From assembly GCA_031414595.1 (NCBI GenBank), contig JANNVX010000088.1, positions 192,001-256,000 of the forward strand: DNA of 64,000 nucleotides, in the 5' to 3' direction. The notes under the pieces are model-generated. The model had not been told where the DNA came from, ran no database searches, and saw nothing but the letters and a program-made list of their open reading frames with translations. The translations under genes were made by a program, and so were the position numbers. Below, one piece after another: positions 11,603 through 20,923 of the stretch. The first letter of the stretch is position 1. Every line of letters begins with the position of its first letter. This DNA is from Deinococcales bacterium. GTDB taxonomy: Bacteria; Deinococcota; Deinococci; Deinococcales; JAAFIG01.

Positions 11603-11692
11603 GGAGAGGTGTCCGAGTGGTTTAAGGAGCACGCCTGGAAAGTGTGTGAACGGGAAACTGTTCCGAGAGTTCGAATCTCTCTCTCTCCGCCA
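11603..11692 (+). tRNA. tRNA-Ser(GGA)
   Basis: GGAGAGG acceptor stem pairs with TCTCTCC-G-CCA; anticodon arm cacgc-ctGGAaa-gtgtg; long variable arm; GTTCGAATC T-loop. Confidence 0.97.
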
Positions 11693-11714
11693 TACTGCAC
11701 AGCGTTAATCGAAT

Positions 11715-11747
11715 CACGCCTCGAGCAATTTTTAGACTCGAGGCGTG
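11715..11747 (+). terminator. Hairpin after the tRNA built from two CTCGAG sites
   Basis: 11-bp stem cacgcctcgag / ctcgaggcgtg. Confidence 0.65.
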
Positions 11748-11826
11748 GCTTGTGTGAATTGATGGTTTGGATGTCAATTTGTATTTTTACTTTAAATTAC
11801 GGCAAATGTGTTAATAGGAGAGTAGC

Positions 11827-12306
11827 ATGTCGAGCAAAATGAATCCTCTTACCCATTTTAAGGATGGTATGCCCGTCATGGTGGATGTCTCGAGCAAAGC
11901 CACCACCCTGCGCTCAGCCACTGCCGAAGCCCTTGTTTGGCTGCCACAAACTGCACGGGAAGCATTCGAGGCTGGTGGTGTAGGCAAAGGTGATGTGCTG
12001 GTTGTAGCGCAACTGGCTGGGATTATGGGCGCAAAGCAGACCGCCAATTTAATTCCGCTTTGTCATCCGCTTGGTTTATCGAGTGTCGAAGTTGCCTTGT
12101 CTCGAGATGGTGAATTCGTAAAAATTCTGGCAACGGCTCGCACATCGGCACAAACAGGGGTAGAAATGGAGGCATTGACGGCGGTTAGTGTAGCGGCTTT
12201 AACGGTCTACGACATGCTCAAAGCCGCTACCAAAGGCATAGAAATCAGGCAGATTAGGCTGCTCGAGAAAACTGGTGGGAAAAGTGGCGACTGGAAAGCT
12301 GGGTAG
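11827..12306 (+). CDS. moaC: Cyclic pyranopterin monophosphate synthase
   Basis: [29 protein letters not shown]-like motif and [10 protein letters not shown]. Confidence 0.95.
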   Translation: MSSKMNPLTHFKDGMPVMVDVSSKATTLRSATAEALVWLPQTAREAFEAGGVGKGDVLVVAQLAGIMGAKQTANLIPLCHPLGLSSVEVALSRDGEFVKILATARTSAQTGVEMEALTAVSVAALTVYDMLKAATKGIEIRQIRLLEKTGGKSGDWKAG

Positions 12307-12359
12307 TTAAGCGTCAAATGGTAAAAAATCTCTCTCGGGAAATGCGCTAGAATGACGAT

Positions 12360-13334
12360 ATGCAAACGCAGTTCATTAATCCTTTTACCGATTTTGGGTT
12401 CAAAAAAATCTTTGGACAAGAAGCCAGCAAGCCAATGCTGCTTGATTTTCTCAATGCCTTGTTGCCAAAAAAACACCAAATAAAGGATTTGAGTTTTAAG
12501 ACCCTCGAGCAACTGCCCGAAACCGAAGCCCAACGCCGCGCTGTCTACGATTTGTACTGCGAATCTGATTCTGGTGAACGATTCATTGTTGAGTTACAAC
12601 GCTTACGCCAAGCCTATTTTAAGGACAGAACTATTTACTACAGCACCTTTCCAATTCGTGAGCAAGCCGAAAAAGGCAATTGGGATTATCGGCTAAATGC
12701 GGTTTACTGCATTGGTATTTTGGACTTTACCTTTGATGACTATGAACCAGAACCAAAAAGAAGTGAAGTGATCCAAGAAGTCAAACTCAAAAACCAAAAT
12801 AATCATGTTTTTTACGACAAATTAACCCTGATTTACCTCGAGATACCAAACTTTAAGAAAACCGAAGCCGAACTCGAGACGCGCTTAGATAAATGGTTGT
12901 ACTTCATTAAAAACCTTGAATATCTCGAGAGCATCCCCGAGATTTTTAAGGATGTGGTGTTCATACAAGCCTTTGAAACCGCAAAGATGGCGAATCTTGG
13001 TTCGAGCGAGTTATTTGGTTATGAACAAAGTCTAAAAATCATGCGCGATAATTATGCGACCCAGAAATACGCGATTGAAACGGCATTGGCAGAAGGACGC
13101 GAAGCTGGTCACGAAGCTGGGCGCGAGGCTGGACTTGTGGAAGGACGCGAAGCAGGAATTGTAGAGGGACGCGAAGCAGGAATTGCCGAAGGTGAAGCCA
13201 GAGGTAAAACTGAAGGCGAACGCCAAGCCAAACAAGCCATTGCCAAAACCTTGCTCGAGCAGGGTATGAGCAGAGAACAAGTCAGTTCGATTACTGGTTT
13301 AGAGGTAGCCGACTTAAAGGACGGTGAATCATGA
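12360..13334 (+). CDS. Rpn-family recombination-promoting nuclease / putative transposase (PD-(D/E)xK)
   Basis: NPFTDFGFKKIFG, DLYCE...FIVELQ, C-terminal EGREAG repeats and an IAKTLL..GMS..ITGL tail. Confidence 0.88.
   Translation: MQTQFINPFTDFGFKKIFGQEASKPMLLDFLNALLPKKHQIKDLSFKTLEQLPETEAQRRAVYDLYCESDSGERFIVELQRLRQAYFKDRTIYYSTFPIREQAEKGNWDYRLNAVYCIGILDFTFDDYEPEPKRSEVIQEVKLKNQNNHVFYDKLTLIYLEIPNFKKTEAELETRLDKWLYFIKNLEYLESIPEIFKDVVFIQAFETAKMANLGSSELFGYEQSLKIMRDNYATQKYAIETALAEGREAGHEAGREAGLVEGREAGIVEGREAGIAEGEARGKTEGERQAKQAIAKTLLEQGMSREQVSSITGLEVADLKDGES
13092..13205 (+). repeat. Coding tandem repeats (EGREAGxx) in the Rpn C-terminus
   Basis: gaaggacgcgaagc-type units with 12/24-bp period. Confidence 0.8.
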
Positions 13335-14623
13335 AAAAAGTCTGGTTCCTACTGGTGCTGCTGTGCTTAGGCATGGTGCTTGGGCAAGGAAGCACGGATT
13401 TTTCAAAGGTGAAATTGCTGCAAAGCGTAAAAGGGCATGATGGTGAAGTCCTTACAGTAGCTTTCAGTCCAAATGGGCGGTTACTTGCCACGGGCGGAAG
13501 AGATGGCATTGTTATTTTGCGTGAAGTAAGCAGTGGTAACGAAATTAGACGATTTATGGGTCACTCAAATGCTGTGAACAGCGTAGCTTTTAGTCGAGAT
13601 GGACGCATCTTAGCAACTGGAAGTAATGATAGTACGGCGCGAGTTTGGGATGTCTCGAGTGGTTCAGACGGCACAGAATTAACACGTTTTCTAGGTCATT
13701 CAGATGCTGTGAACAGCGTGGTATTTAGTCCAGATGGACGTACTCTTGCCACAGCAAGTTGGGATAAAACCGCTCGAATTTGGGATGTTTTAAGCGGTAG
13801 TGAACTCAAACGTTTCTCAGGTCACACAAGTGGTATCAGTAATGTTGCATTTAGTCCAGATGGACGTACTCTTGCTACAGCAAGTTCGGACAAGACTGCT
13901 TGGCTCTGGGATGTCGAAACGGGCAATGAACTCAAACTCTTAACTGGTCATTCTGGTGCTTTGACCAGCATTGCCTTTAGTCCTGACGGGCGTACTCTTG
14001 CCACAGGAAGTTTGGATAAAACTGCTCGGCTCTGGGATGTCAATTCTGGGCGTGAAATCCGCAAACTCGAGGGAAATCTTGGCTCCGTTTACTCAGTTGC
14101 ATTCTCCCCAGATGGCACTCGAGTCGCTACTGGCAGCATAGACACTGCTCGCATTTAGGGTACACCAGACCTCCAACCTATTTTCGATGTTCGTAAACAA
14201 GTTGGCACACTGCAAATCAATGCTCCGACTGGCTCGAGTATTTCCATCAATAACCAAAGTGGCTCGAGTACCCAAAACCTCCCCGTAGGTGCGTATACCA
14301 TTAGCGTTTCACAAAATGGTTTTAAGACATTCACCCAAACGGTTAGTTTGGCAATTGGTCAGACCATTACGGTCAATGCAATTCTCGAGCGCGAAGTTGC
14401 CCCAAACGTACTCGAGGCTCGAGTTGACAAAGTGCTTGCTTTGCGTCAAGCCGAAAAAATCACTTCGGCACAATTCCTTGTCTTGAAACGCCTGATTGAA
14501 GACAGGCGCGAACCAAAGGACTTAACCGATTACTTGGACGATAAGCTATCCGAGCGCGATTTTCTCGAGTTGCTTTATGCTGGGGTTTTTGAACCGCAAG
14601 GTGTGCCACGCGGTAAACCCTAA
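13331..14623 (+). pseudogene. Secreted WD40-repeat + PEGA-like protein interrupted by an in-frame TAG at 14156-14158
   Basis: Signal peptide and six GH..VAFSPDG..TARIWD repeats. The last repeat reads TARI* where W is expected, and the frame stays open to 14623. Confidence 0.8.
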
Positions 14624-14672
14624 TTGTTTTGTCTCGAGATGATATAGCTCATCCTGATTTATTCGCACGCGC

Positions 14673-15143
14673 TTAAAGCGGTTTGCCACTTGGGTCATAC
14701 GAACGTGTGGCTTTAATACGGTCTTTGCCACCGTAAAATTCGATGGTCACTTTTTTTGGTTTGTACGCCTCGAGTTCTTTAATTTTCCAATTCTTAGCCA
14801 GTAATGCCGTGTATTTGTCGGTGTTTGCGGCATTTTGCTTTGGATTAAAATTGACGGTGTAGGACAGAATCAGTTCCGAACTATCGGTCAAGAAACTGTA
14901 GCCTTCAAGGGCGGGTTTAACTTCAGCAGCAATTTTAGTAGCACTGGCTTGGACGGCATTGGCTTGTTTGGTGCTGGCTTTTGATGCGTTCTGCATGGCT
15001 TGTTTGGTGGCTGCATCCATCACCAATTCGGGTGGCTTATTGATAATTGGGTCAACAGCCACTGGCGCACTAGGGCGCAAGACCAACGCCACAGCAATCA
15101 CAAGGACAACAATTAGGACAGCAATTCCAACTCGAGCATTCAT
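14673..15143 (-). CDS. Hypothetical membrane-anchored protein
   Basis: N-terminal TM helix; leaderless TAGACT -10. Confidence 0.7.
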   Translation of the reverse strand: MNARVGIAVLIVVLVIAVALVLRPSAPVAVDPIINKPPELVMDAATKQAMQNASKASTKQANAVQASATKIAAEVKPALEGYSFLTDSSELILSYTVNFNPKQNAANTDKYTALLAKNWKIKELEAYKPKKVTIEFYGGKDRIKATRSYDPSGKPL

Positions 15144-15159
15144 AAAATCCAGTCTACCC

Positions 15160-15810
15160 TTAGCCGTCTAAGCTCGCCAAGCCCTCGCGGATGGCATACA
15201 GAGCAGCTTGGGTGCGGTTATTGAGTTGGAGCTTAGCAAAAATCTCGGATAAGCGGTTTCGCACGGTTTTTTCAGAGATATTCAGTTTAAGGGCAATCTC
15301 TTGGTTGCTCGAGCCTTGGGCTAGTAATCGCAGAATGGCGGCTTCGCGTTCGGTCAGGTCGCCTCGGTTCTCGTCGGGCAAGGATTCTTTTTTAACCCTG
15401 AAATCCTCGAGAACATTTTTTGCCATTTCTGGGTCTAAAAGTGTGCCACCTTCATAAATTTGGTGAATCGCGGCAATTAAGGTAGTCGAGTCTACGTCTT
15501 TAAGTAAGTAACCTCTTGCGCCGGCTTTGACGGCTTCAAAGACATAGCTGTCTTGGCGATACATCGTCAGGATAATCACATTGGCATTCGGGTTAATCTC
15601 GAGAATGCTTTGGGTGGCTTTTACACCGTCCAACTCGGGCATTTGAATGTCCATCAGAATCACATCTGGCTTGGTGTCGGCGGCATAGCGCACCGCTTCA
15701 CGTCCAGTTTGGGCTTCGCCAATCACGCGCAGGTCGTCTTCGGTCTCGAGCAGACTCTTTAAGCCTTGGCGAAAAAGGGCATGGTCATCGGCAAGTAGAA
15801 TTCGTATCAT
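15160..15810 (-). CDS. NarL/LuxR-family response regulator
   Basis: ILLADDH and LMDIQMP receiver motifs; LTERE...[17 protein letters not shown]. Confidence 0.95.
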   Translation of the reverse strand: MIRILLADDHALFRQGLKSLLETEDDLRVIGEAQTGREAVRYAADTKPDVILMDIQMPELDGVKATQSILEINPNANVIILTMYRQDSYVFEAVKAGARGYLLKDVDSTTLIAAIHQIYEGGTLLDPEMAKNVLEDFRVKKESLPDENRGDLTEREAAILRLLAQGSSNQEIALKLNISEKTVRNRLSEIFAKLQLNNRTQAALYAIREGLASLDG

Positions 15811-15898
15811 CTGGGCTATTGTACATGCTTTTTGGCTCGGGAATTGTTTCACGTATTACAACTCGAGTTCTGCTAATATCGTTATTCGAGGGGAAATT

Positions 15899-16309
15899 AT
15901 GGCAGAACTGAAAACTAAAATGACAGAGGCTTCGGTTCAGGATTTTCTTGATGCCATTCCCGACCCGAAGATACGCCAAGACTGTTTGTACCTTGGTGCT
16001 TTAATGCAGGAAGCCACCAACGCCGAGGGCAAAATCTGGGGGAAAAGCATTGTTGGTTACGGCTCACGCTTGTATACCTACCCAAACGGAAAAAGCATGG
16101 ATTGGATGGTGTTGGCTTTTGCGCCGCGAAAAGGCAAAATTGCTTTGTACTTAACAGGCGCAATTCAAGCAACCCCAGACCTGCTCGCCCAAATTGGGAA
16201 ATACACCAGCGCCGCATCTTGCCTGTATATCAAGCGCCTAAGCGATGTCCATGAAGATGTTCTCAAGGAATTATTACGCACCACTGTTTCACGGCTTACC
16301 AAAAGCTAA
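15899..16309 (+). CDS. DUF1801 domain protein
   Basis: MAELKTK..ASVQDFL, WGKSIVGYG, AFAPRK and CLYIKRLSDV. Confidence 0.85.
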   Translation: MAELKTKMTEASVQDFLDAIPDPKIRQDCLYLGALMQEATNAEGKIWGKSIVGYGSRLYTYPNGKSMDWMVLAFAPRKGKIALYLTGAIQATPDLLAQIGKYTSAASCLYIKRLSDVHEDVLKELLRTTVSRLTKS

Positions 16310-16311
16310 AT

Positions 16312-16791
16312 TCATTTTGGAAAAACCGTTAAATTCAATGCCGCCAGCGAAGCATAGCTAACCCGCCAAGCCGAAGCGTTATTGCTCGAGAGCAGAAGTG
16401 TTCCAGTGCGCTTCTGCACCCCTGAAGCCAAGTTCAAAGTCAGATTGATGACCACACTGGCAGAATTGCCTGAAACTGTGGTTTTGCCAAAACTAAGCTG
16501 GAATCCCCGCACGGTTTTACTCGAGACCAATGCCGCTAAACCACTCGGCGCATCAGCAATAAATTTACCAGTCCAAGCAGGATTGCCGCACTGCATCCCT
16601 TCAAAGACCTGACGTACTGCATTTTGGGCATTGCTGGCATTCTGGGCTGGTGTGACTTTATCACCTGCCGAAACGATGTTGATGGCTGCAACTGCCCAAT
16701 GACAGGGCGGCACATCCACATAGGCTGTTTGGGCTTGTGCCAAACCAAGTAACCCAATCGCCGCACCAACAATAACCAAAGGGATTTTCAT
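16312..16791 (-). CDS. Small secreted protein with an SLH-like N-terminal motif
   Basis: Signal peptide followed by YVDVPPCHWAVAAI, resembling the F-x-DV-x3-HWA SLH motif. Confidence 0.65.
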   Translation of the reverse strand: MKIPLVIVGAAIGLLGLAQAQTAYVDVPPCHWAVAAINIVSAGDKVTPAQNASNAQNAVRQVFEGMQCGNPAWTGKFIADAPSGLAALVSSKTVRGFQLSFGKTTVSGNSASVVINLTLNLASGVQKRTGTLLLSSNNASAWRVSYASLAALNLTVFPK

Positions 16792-16862
16792 TTTCAAAGT
16801 CTAGCAGAGTAACTTAAAACCACCTGTAAGAAACCATCCAATTATTTGCTAGACTAGGCTAC

Positions 16863-17273
16863 ATGGAACGAAAAATTCGGGTCTTAATCGCCAAACCGGG
16901 CTTAGATGGGCATGACCGTGGTGCAAAAGTGATTGCTCGGGCGCTGCGTGACGCTGGGATGGAAGTGATTTACACTGGTTTGCGCCAAACCTCAGAGATG
17001 ATTGTCAATGCTGCCGTGCAAGAAGATGTGGATGCAATTGGATTATCGGTCTTAAGTGGCGCTCACATGCACTATTTCAGAGAAATCCGTGTCATGCTCG
17101 AGACACGCCAAGCAACCGATATTTTACTTTTTGGCGGCGGTATTATTCCAGACCAAGACTTGCCAAAACTCGAGGAGCTTGGCGTAGACGGATTATTTAC
17201 GCCCGGCACAAGTACCCAAGATGTGGTCAGTTTTCTCGAGACCAAAGTACCGCCGCGTTGGACAAAGCTCTAA
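16863..17273 (+). CDS. Cobalamin-binding subunit of an acyl-CoA (methylmalonyl-CoA) mutase
   Basis: [21 protein letters not shown] and GGGIIP. Confidence 0.93.
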   Translation: MERKIRVLIAKPGLDGHDRGAKVIARALRDAGMEVIYTGLRQTSEMIVNAAVQEDVDAIGLSVLSGAHMHYFREIRVMLETRQATDILLFGGGIIPDQDLPKLEELGVDGLFTPGTSTQDVVSFLETKVPPRWTKL

Positions 17274-17397
17274 ATCAGCTTGACTCGAGACCGATTAGCA
17301 AATAATTAAACCAGCGTTAAAATAGAGTCCGTATACAAAACACCTTGCCAAGTGCCATAATCGCAGGTGGGTACACCCCGAATTTCTAGGAGGAAAT

Positions 17398-18516
17398 ATG
17401 AAGAAAGCAATGGCATTAAGTGCAGTTGCCGCAATGCTCGCATTCGGCTTCACAACCGCACAACAACCAATCCGTGTAGGAATGGCGTTCGATGCAGGTG
17501 GAAAGAACGACAAGAGCTTCAACCAAAGCGCTTTTGAAGGCGCACAACGTGCCGCCAAGCAATTTGGTGTCGAAGTCAAAGACTTTGAACCATCTGACCC
17601 TAGCCAAGTCGGTTCTGGCATTCGTGCCTTTGCCGAAGCTGGCTTTGACTTGGTGATTGGCGTGGGCTTTGCCAACCAACCAAGCATCACCAAGACCGCC
17701 GCCGAATTCAAGGACACCAAATTTGCTGTGATTGACGACGTACCAACTGGCGACAACACCAGTGGCGCAGTTTTCCGCGAACACGAAGGCAGCTTCTTGG
17801 TCGGTTACATTGCTGGAAAAACCAGCAGCACTGGCGTGATTGGCTTTGTCGGCGGAATGCAAATTCCGTTAATTCGTAAGTTCTACGCTGGCTTTAATGC
17901 TGGTGTCAAAGCCGCCTGCCCAACTTGCACCACAATCGAAAACTACACTGGCACAACCCCAGAAGCCTGGAACAACCCAACCAAAGCGCGTGAAATTGCG
18001 GCTGCCCAAGGTGCAAAAGGCGCAGATATTATTTACGCTGCGGCTGGCGGTTCGGGTGCCGGAGCGCTCAAGTACGTGATGGATACCAAGTGCATCAGTG
18101 GCACAAAACCACCGGCTGGCATTAAACTCAAACCCGCCTTGGCTGGTCTTCGCAGCGTTGCCAAACCAAAAGACTACAGCGCCAAGTGCAAAACCACTGA
18201 CCGCCCAATGTTCTTTATTGGTGTAGACAGCAACCAAAACTACTTAGGCGATTCTGACAAAGACCCAAAGACCATGAACTACGTGCTGACCAGCATGTTA
18301 AAGCGCGTGGATTTGGCAGTCTTTAACCTGATTCGTGGCATTGCCCAGAATCGTCCTTGGATTAAAGGCGCTCAAGAATTTGGCTTGGACAACAGTGGTG
18401 TTGGTTACGCTCTTGACCAATACAACGAAGCCTTGATTTCAGCTGACACGATCAAAGGTGTAGAGTCCGCCAAAGCCCGTATTATCAACGGTCAACTTGA
18501 CGTTGCCGACAAATAA
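17398..18516 (+). CDS. BMP-family ABC transporter substrate-binding protein (purine nucleoside-type)
   Basis: AGGAGG RBS; DKSFNQSA, IGVGF, FREHEGSFLVG, IGVDSNQ and TSMLKRVD. Confidence 0.92.
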   Translation: MKKAMALSAVAAMLAFGFTTAQQPIRVGMAFDAGGKNDKSFNQSAFEGAQRAAKQFGVEVKDFEPSDPSQVGSGIRAFAEAGFDLVIGVGFANQPSITKTAAEFKDTKFAVIDDVPTGDNTSGAVFREHEGSFLVGYIAGKTSSTGVIGFVGGMQIPLIRKFYAGFNAGVKAACPTCTTIENYTGTTPEAWNNPTKAREIAAAQGAKGADIIYAAAGGSGAGALKYVMDTKCISGTKPPAGIKLKPALAGLRSVAKPKDYSAKCKTTDRPMFFIGVDSNQNYLGDSDKDPKTMNYVLTSMLKRVDLAVFNLIRGIAQNRPWIKGAQEFGLDNSGVGYALDQYNEALISADTIKGVESAKARIINGQLDVADK

Positions 18517-18530
18517 GCCTTATTCTCGAG

Positions 18531-18560
18531 AACCGCACCCCATAACAGGGTGCGGTTTTT
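18531..18560 (+). terminator. Intrinsic terminator
   Basis: aaccgcaccc-loop-gggtgcggtt followed by a T-tract. Confidence 0.85.
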
Positions 18561-18619
18561 TGTACAAACTGTGACAAATAACCAAGTCACGACTAAGAAA
18601 TATGTTTGAATAGCGACTC

Positions 18620-20923
18620 ATGGATACAAAACCCTCGAGCCATTCAGAAGTTATTCCTAGACTTCTGCTGTTTGGGTTGATTTTTTGTACTTGTATTAGG
18701 CAAATTTGGTTGGCTTTGCCTAATATCGCCGAGCAAACACTGTTAGGCAACTTAATCAGCTTACCAAGCTCTTTTTTAGCTGGCTTACTGTGTTTTTCAG
18801 TCGGATTTTATAGGCTGCCGATGCGCCGAACTTGGTGGTTTTTTGCGGCTGCCCTACTGTTCTTTTTTTTAGGTGATCTCAGTTGGACGATTCTCGAGTC
18901 GGTGCTGCAACAAGACCCGTATCCTTCGGTTGCCGATTTTTTCTATTTGAGTCTTTTTCCACTGATTTACCTAGGACTACTCAGTTTTCCGCGAAAAAAA
19001 TTACAACCAGCCGATGTTGTTCAGTTACTGCTTCAAGTTGGAATCATCACGGCTGCCATTGGAACTTTTTTATGGCATTTTATTTTTGCCCAAATTATCA
19101 GCAATGGCGAAGCACCACTTAGTTTTGTCGTTTCACTTTCTTATCCGCTCGGCGATGTGATTTTACTGGCGATGGTACTTTTTGTTATTTTTCGACCCAA
19201 TGGGCGACGTTTTCAAATTGAGTTCAATTGGATTTTGCTGGCAACGCTTTTTCAAATCTTGGCAGATTTATACTTTTCGTATCTCAGTGCCAATAACTTA
19301 GAAAGCACCGTCAATGTATTTGATGGTGGTTGGGGATGGTTCGCTTGTTTTGTTGGTGTAGCGGCGTATCACAACTTCAAAAGAACCGAGACTTACGAAA
19401 TTTCTAACACAAACCAGCCTGTGTTTCATTCGTTTTTTGCCATAAGCGCTCCGTTTTTTGCTAGTTTTGCAGCCGTGGTTTTACTAATTACTACAAGTCA
19501 ACAACATTCGTTGCAGTATCAAGGAACGGGTATTGGCGTGCTGGTGGTACTGAGTTTTGTGGTGGTTCGTTTGGTGCTGATGACCTTAGACAACAAGAAC
19601 TTAAATCGGCAATTAATCAACTTTTCTTTAGAATTAGAAGCTCGGGTCGAACAACGCACCCAACAACTCGAGTGGAATGCCACCCATGATGCCCTGACTG
19701 GACTAGCCAACCGAGTTTTATTACAACGTCAATTGCAACACCACTTACTAGAAAACCATGTGGCGGTCTTGTTGATTGATTTGGATGGTTTCAAACGCAT
19801 CAATGACACGCTTGGGCATCAAATTGGCGACTATTTACTATGTGAAGTTGCCAAACGACTTGAGCAGCTTTGTCCTTTGGTGGCTCGGACTGGAGGTGAT
19901 GAATTTGTACTGGTTTGTCTCGAGAAAACAGCTGCCGATGCACTTGCACAAGCTGCCCTTAGTGCAATTGAACAACCGTTTCTGGTTTCAGGACAACAGT
20001 TTTGCATCAGTGCAAGTATCGGCATCAGTCAGTCCCCTGAAGATGGTACGACTTCCGAAATTCTGCAACGTCATGCCGATGCAGCCATGTATGTGGCTAA
20101 AAACCAAGGAGTTGGGAACGTTGAACACTTTACATTTGCAATTAAACAGCAACTAGACCGCCGATTTGAACTTGAACAAAATTTGCGTCACGCCCTCGAG
20201 AATAAAGAATTTCACCTTCAATATCAGCCAATTATAGACAGCCACACCAATAAACTAGATTCGCTAGAAGCACTTTTACGTTGGAATTCACCAGCACTTG
20301 GTCTAGTATCGCCCTTGGAGTTTATTCCAGTCACCGAAAACACTGGTTTAATTGCTGCATTAACCGACTGGATAATAGAAGAAGTTTGTTGGCAATTACA
20401 AACTTGGAAAATACTGGGCTTAGAAATTGTTCCTGTTTCAATCAATATTCCAATGGCACAAGTCGGACAATTGACCTTCACCAAATTGCTACAACAAAAA
20501 CTCGAGCAGTACCAAATTGTCGCCCAATACATTCAAATCGAATTGCTTGAAGCTGCCCTTGCCCAACCCAATGTTGCCGAACAACTGGTGATGTTTCGTC
20601 AAATGGGCATCAAAATAGCAATAGATGACTTTGGTACAGGATATTCTAACCTGAGTTATTTTAATCAGTTGCCAATAGATACCGTTAAAATTGACCAAAG
20701 TTTTATCCAACAAACAAGTTCACACACCATTCTCGAGGGTTTAACCGCCTTTTGTAAACATCTGAAGGTTAAGGTCGTGGTTGAAGGTGTGGAAACAAAA
20801 GCTCAACTCGAGCAATTAAAATTACTCAATTGTCATGCGATTCAAGGTCATATTTTTGCTGCCCCATCTGACCCAGAAGTAGTTGAGAATTGGCTAAAAA
20901 ACCCGAATTTTAAGTCAATTTAG
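18620..20923 (+). CDS. Membrane-bound diguanylate cyclase/phosphodiesterase (multi-TM + GGDEF + EAL)
   Basis: HDALTGLANR, GGDEF, EALLRW and DDFGTGYS. Confidence 0.93.
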   Translation: MDTKPSSHSEVIPRLLLFGLIFCTCIRQIWLALPNIAEQTLLGNLISLPSSFLAGLLCFSVGFYRLPMRRTWWFFAAALLFFFLGDLSWTILESVLQQDPYPSVADFFYLSLFPLIYLGLLSFPRKKLQPADVVQLLLQVGIITAAIGTFLWHFIFAQIISNGEAPLSFVVSLSYPLGDVILLAMVLFVIFRPNGRRFQIEFNWILLATLFQILADLYFSYLSANNLESTVNVFDGGWGWFACFVGVAAYHNFKRTETYEISNTNQPVFHSFFAISAPFFASFAAVVLLITTSQQHSLQYQGTGIGVLVVLSFVVVRLVLMTLDNKNLNRQLINFSLELEARVEQRTQQLEWNATHDALTGLANRVLLQRQLQHHLLENHVAVLLIDLDGFKRINDTLGHQIGDYLLCEVAKRLEQLCPLVARTGGDEFVLVCLEKTAADALAQAALSAIEQPFLVSGQQFCISASIGISQSPEDGTTSEILQRHADAAMYVAKNQGVGNVEHFTFAIKQQLDRRFELEQNLRHALENKEFHLQYQPIIDSHTNKLDSLEALLRWNSPALGLVSPLEFIPVTENTGLIAALTDWIIEEVCWQLQTWKILGLEIVPVSINIPMAQVGQLTFTKLLQQKLEQYQIVAQYIQIELLEAALAQPNVAEQLVMFRQMGIKIAIDDFGTGYSNLSYFNQLPIDTVKIDQSFIQQTSSHTILEGLTAFCKHLKVKVVVEGVETKAQLEQLKLLNCHAIQGHIFAAPSDPEVVENWLKNPNFKSI

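Noticed and set aside
14156-14158. Genome-wide TAG recoding or pyrrolysine
   Set aside because: TAG terminates other genes normally (e.g. 12306, 32750, 47191), and no pyl genes are present in the window.
11603-14623. tRNA-Ser as the integration site of a genomic island
   Set aside because: No integrase and no duplicated tRNA 3' end seen; the housekeeping gene moaC follows directly.
15868-15884. RDRM-like site TTCTGC-TAATA-TCGTTA upstream of the DUF1801 gene
   Set aside because: The right half has two mismatches to the recalled consensus and it is explained equally well as a -10 element; too weak without a PWM scan.
17274-17397. Purine riboswitch upstream of the BMP gene
   Set aside because: No recognisable conserved aptamer core by eye; an Rfam scan would be needed.
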